Shown: piece by piece, positions 62,098-64,000 of the stretch
Position numbering within the stretch: the stretch's first letter is position 1
Layout of the letters: each line of letters opens with the position of its first letter
Source of the DNA: an uncultured Bacillota bacterium
Lineage (GTDB): Bacteria; Bacillota_I; Bacilli_A; RFN20; CAG-288
DNA length: 64,000 nucleotides
Assembly: GCA_949300365.1 (NCBI GenBank)
Contig: CASGEC010000001.1
Location: 313,980 to 377,979, forward strand
Direction of reading: 5' to 3'
Position numbers and translations under genes: made by a program
Notes under the pieces: model-generated
Seen by the model: the letters and a program-made list of their open reading frames with translations, nothing else
What the model was told of the DNA's origin: nothing
Databases searched by the model: none

Positions 62098-64000
62098 ATG
62101 ATTTTCAACAAGAAGACCGTCCCTGTCTTCCGTGGCGTAGCCGCTACAACCTTCTCCCTTGCCGTTTTGGCTACCATGGGTTTGGGACTAGCCGACCAGT
62201 GGCGAACCCAAGTCGATGCCGCCTTGGGAACTTCGTCCTATGAGACGATTACGAGCGAGCCGAGATTCACTTCTGACTATACGAAGCCTGAGGAGCTGAT
62301 GGCAGAACTGAAGGCCGTCGCCGTTCAGGAAGGTATCGATGGCACGGCGATTCTTAAGAACGACAACAACGCCCTTCCTCTTGCCGCCAAAGCAAAGATC
62401 AACCTTTGGGGCAATGCTTCCTACAATTCCTATCGTGGAATGGTCCAGGCTGGAAATAAGGATGCCGTCGATCTTGTCGGCGCCTTGGAGGCTGGTGGCT
62501 TCACCCTCGATCCGACCCTGAAGGGAATTTATACGGAAATCAACGAGGAACAGCTTATCGCCTCTTCTGGATGGGGTGGAACAACCTACAAACCGGCATA
62601 CCCGAACACCAGCGCTCCTGCCTATGACACTTACCAGATCCGCGAAGTCAATCCTTCCAAGTTCACTCAGGAAGGTTTCGGAACGGCCGATGCCGGCTGG
62701 GCTTCTTCCCTGACCGGCGATATCAACATTGTCACCTTCAACCGCCCGGGCGGTGAGGGCAATACCTTCAAGCCCGGAGCCACGACGGATTCCGAAGGCA
62801 ATCCGCTTGACCAGAACCCCTTCGCCTTCTCTCCTGATGAACTGGCCGTCATCGATGCTGCCAAGGCAACCGGAAAGCCGGTCATCGTTCTTCTGAGCAC
62901 GTCCTGCCAGTTCGAGCTTGGCCCGATTGTCAAGGGCGGTGAGCATGAAGTCGATGGCATTGCCTATATCGGTCTTCCCAACGATTATCAATACACGGGC
63001 ATCGTTAAGGTCCTTGCCGGCGAAGAGAATGCCACCGGTGCCCTTGCCGACACCTATGCCACGGATTCCACAAGCTCCCCGTCCATGATGAACTTCGGCG
63101 GCGACATGTATTCCGACTACCAGAGTGTCCTCGACTTCGAAGATACGAGGTGGCCTGGCGTCGAGATCACGAACGAAGGTGCTGGATCCATGGGTGGATC
63201 GGCAACCTATAACGGTGGTATGTATTACGTCGAGGCCGAGGGCATCTACACAGGTTTACAACTACTACGAGACCCGCTATTATGATTCCATCGCCAACAC
63301 GTCTTCCGGTGCTTCTTCCACCGCTGGCGTCTATGCCTCCACGGGCAACTGGAACTATGACCAGGAAGTCTGCTACACCTTCGGCTATGGCCAGAGCTAT
63401 CTGGATTACACGGAAGAGCTTCTCGATGTGAAGGTCGACCTGAGCGTCGAAGGAAACATCACGGCCACCATTCGTGTTACGAACAATTCCGAAAAGACCG
63501 GACGCTTCCGCACCGAACTCTTCGTCAACGTCCCTTATACGGATTACGATCGTGAGAACGGCATCGAGAAGAGCGCCATCCAATTCCTCAATTCCGCCAA
63601 GACCGATCCAATCGAGCCGGGTAAGTCCGAGGATGTGAAGATCTCTCTTCCGACAAAGTATCTTGCCTCTTACGACACCAACGGATATGGCACCTATATC
63701 CTCGATGGCGGTGAGTATGTCTTCGCTATCGGAAACGGTGCCCATGAAGCCGTCAACAATGTCCTTGCCCACCAGGGCTATGATGTCGAGGGCGCGGAAG
63801 GTTCCACCTTTGCCTGGAACGGCATCCGCGAAGGCTCTGTCGACTACACCACCTTCGGCAAGTCCAAAAATGGCACGGAAATCAAGAACCAGCTCCAGAC
63901 GACGGACATCAACTACTGGCTCTCCGAAGAAGATCAGATCGACTATCTCTCCCGTCAGGATTGGGATGGCACCTATCCGAAGAACTTCAACACCATCAAT
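62098..64000 (+). CDS. GH3-family glycoside-hydrolase-like protein (GH3 C-terminal alpha/beta-sandwich domain then Fn3-like domain). The frame is broken by an apparent 1-nt insertion at 63255-63257, and the 3-prime end lies beyond the window
   Basis: SD AAGGAGGG and an N-terminal signal/anchor. ILKNDNNALPL...KPVIVLLSTS...ENATGALADTY are GH3_C-like. Frame 1 stops at 63285, but the +1 frame continues YNYYETRYYDS...FGYGQSY...ITATIRVTNNSEKTG (GH3/Fn3-like) to the window end. Confidence 0.7.

Noticed and set aside
1-64000. CRISPR arrays, rRNA genes, intact prophage, integrase or transposase genes, and recognisable multi-gene defence systems (RM, CBASS, Thoeris, retron, TA pairs).
   Set aside because: Scanning all intergenic regions and ORF translations by eye gave no regularly spaced repeats and no signature proteins: no Cas, reverse transcriptase, cyclase, methyltransferase or integrase motifs.

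Overview
64-kb chromosomal segment of a Bacillota-type genome. The lineage call is an inference from a Bacillus-order pyr operon with pyrK, a QueT gene behind a preQ1-like leader, cre-like boxes, many Thr/Pro-rich lipoproteins, frequent extended -10 promoters (TGG-TAGAAT/TATAGT), and the standard code with TGA stops. Most of the window is tightly packed housekeeping. This includes lepA (partial) with a nuclease-fused DinG/XPD helicase and a Sel1-repeat gene, type III glutamine synthetase, and an 8-gene pyrB-pyrC-carA-carB-pyrK-pyrD-pyrF-pyrE operon in which every junction overlaps. It also includes cca, rarA-punA, dtd-mnmA, rpsU (TTG start, missing from the ORF track), tkt, a (degenerate GGDEF-EAL)-proS-pepP-trmL operon, an orphan ACP, rhaBAD, and a frameshifted GH3-like gene running off the right edge. 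Three tRNA genes are present (Phe-GAA, Asn-GTT, Glu-TTC). Both tRNA loci are followed by AT-richer, gene-poor scars: a degraded IS256-like transposase after tRNA-Phe, and a nonsense-disrupted AlbA_2/HATPase_c_4-like remnant after tRNA-Glu. No CRISPR array, rRNA or intact mobile element was found. I did not find a clear multi-gene novel system. The best candidates for something undescribed are four. (1) A visibly AT-richer, monocistronic helicase-IV/UvrD-type protein with an embedded nuclease-like block, two Zn ribbons and a wHTH tail (7.6-10.8 kb). (2) The degraded island between tRNA-Glu and the rha operon, with an HTH-multipass membrane protein and a MORN-repeat protein. (3) A membrane-anchored, fully degenerate GGDEF-EAL protein co-transcribed with proS. 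(4) A small HNH-like protein, an unknown protein and an unannotated rubredoxin-like mini-ORF at 35.5-36.8 kb. Several RNA or regulatory candidates are also flagged: a preQ1-like leader, a promoter-proximal terminator hairpin, apparently leaderless genes, and cre boxes. All homology calls come from reading motifs by eye. No database search or computed statistic was available.
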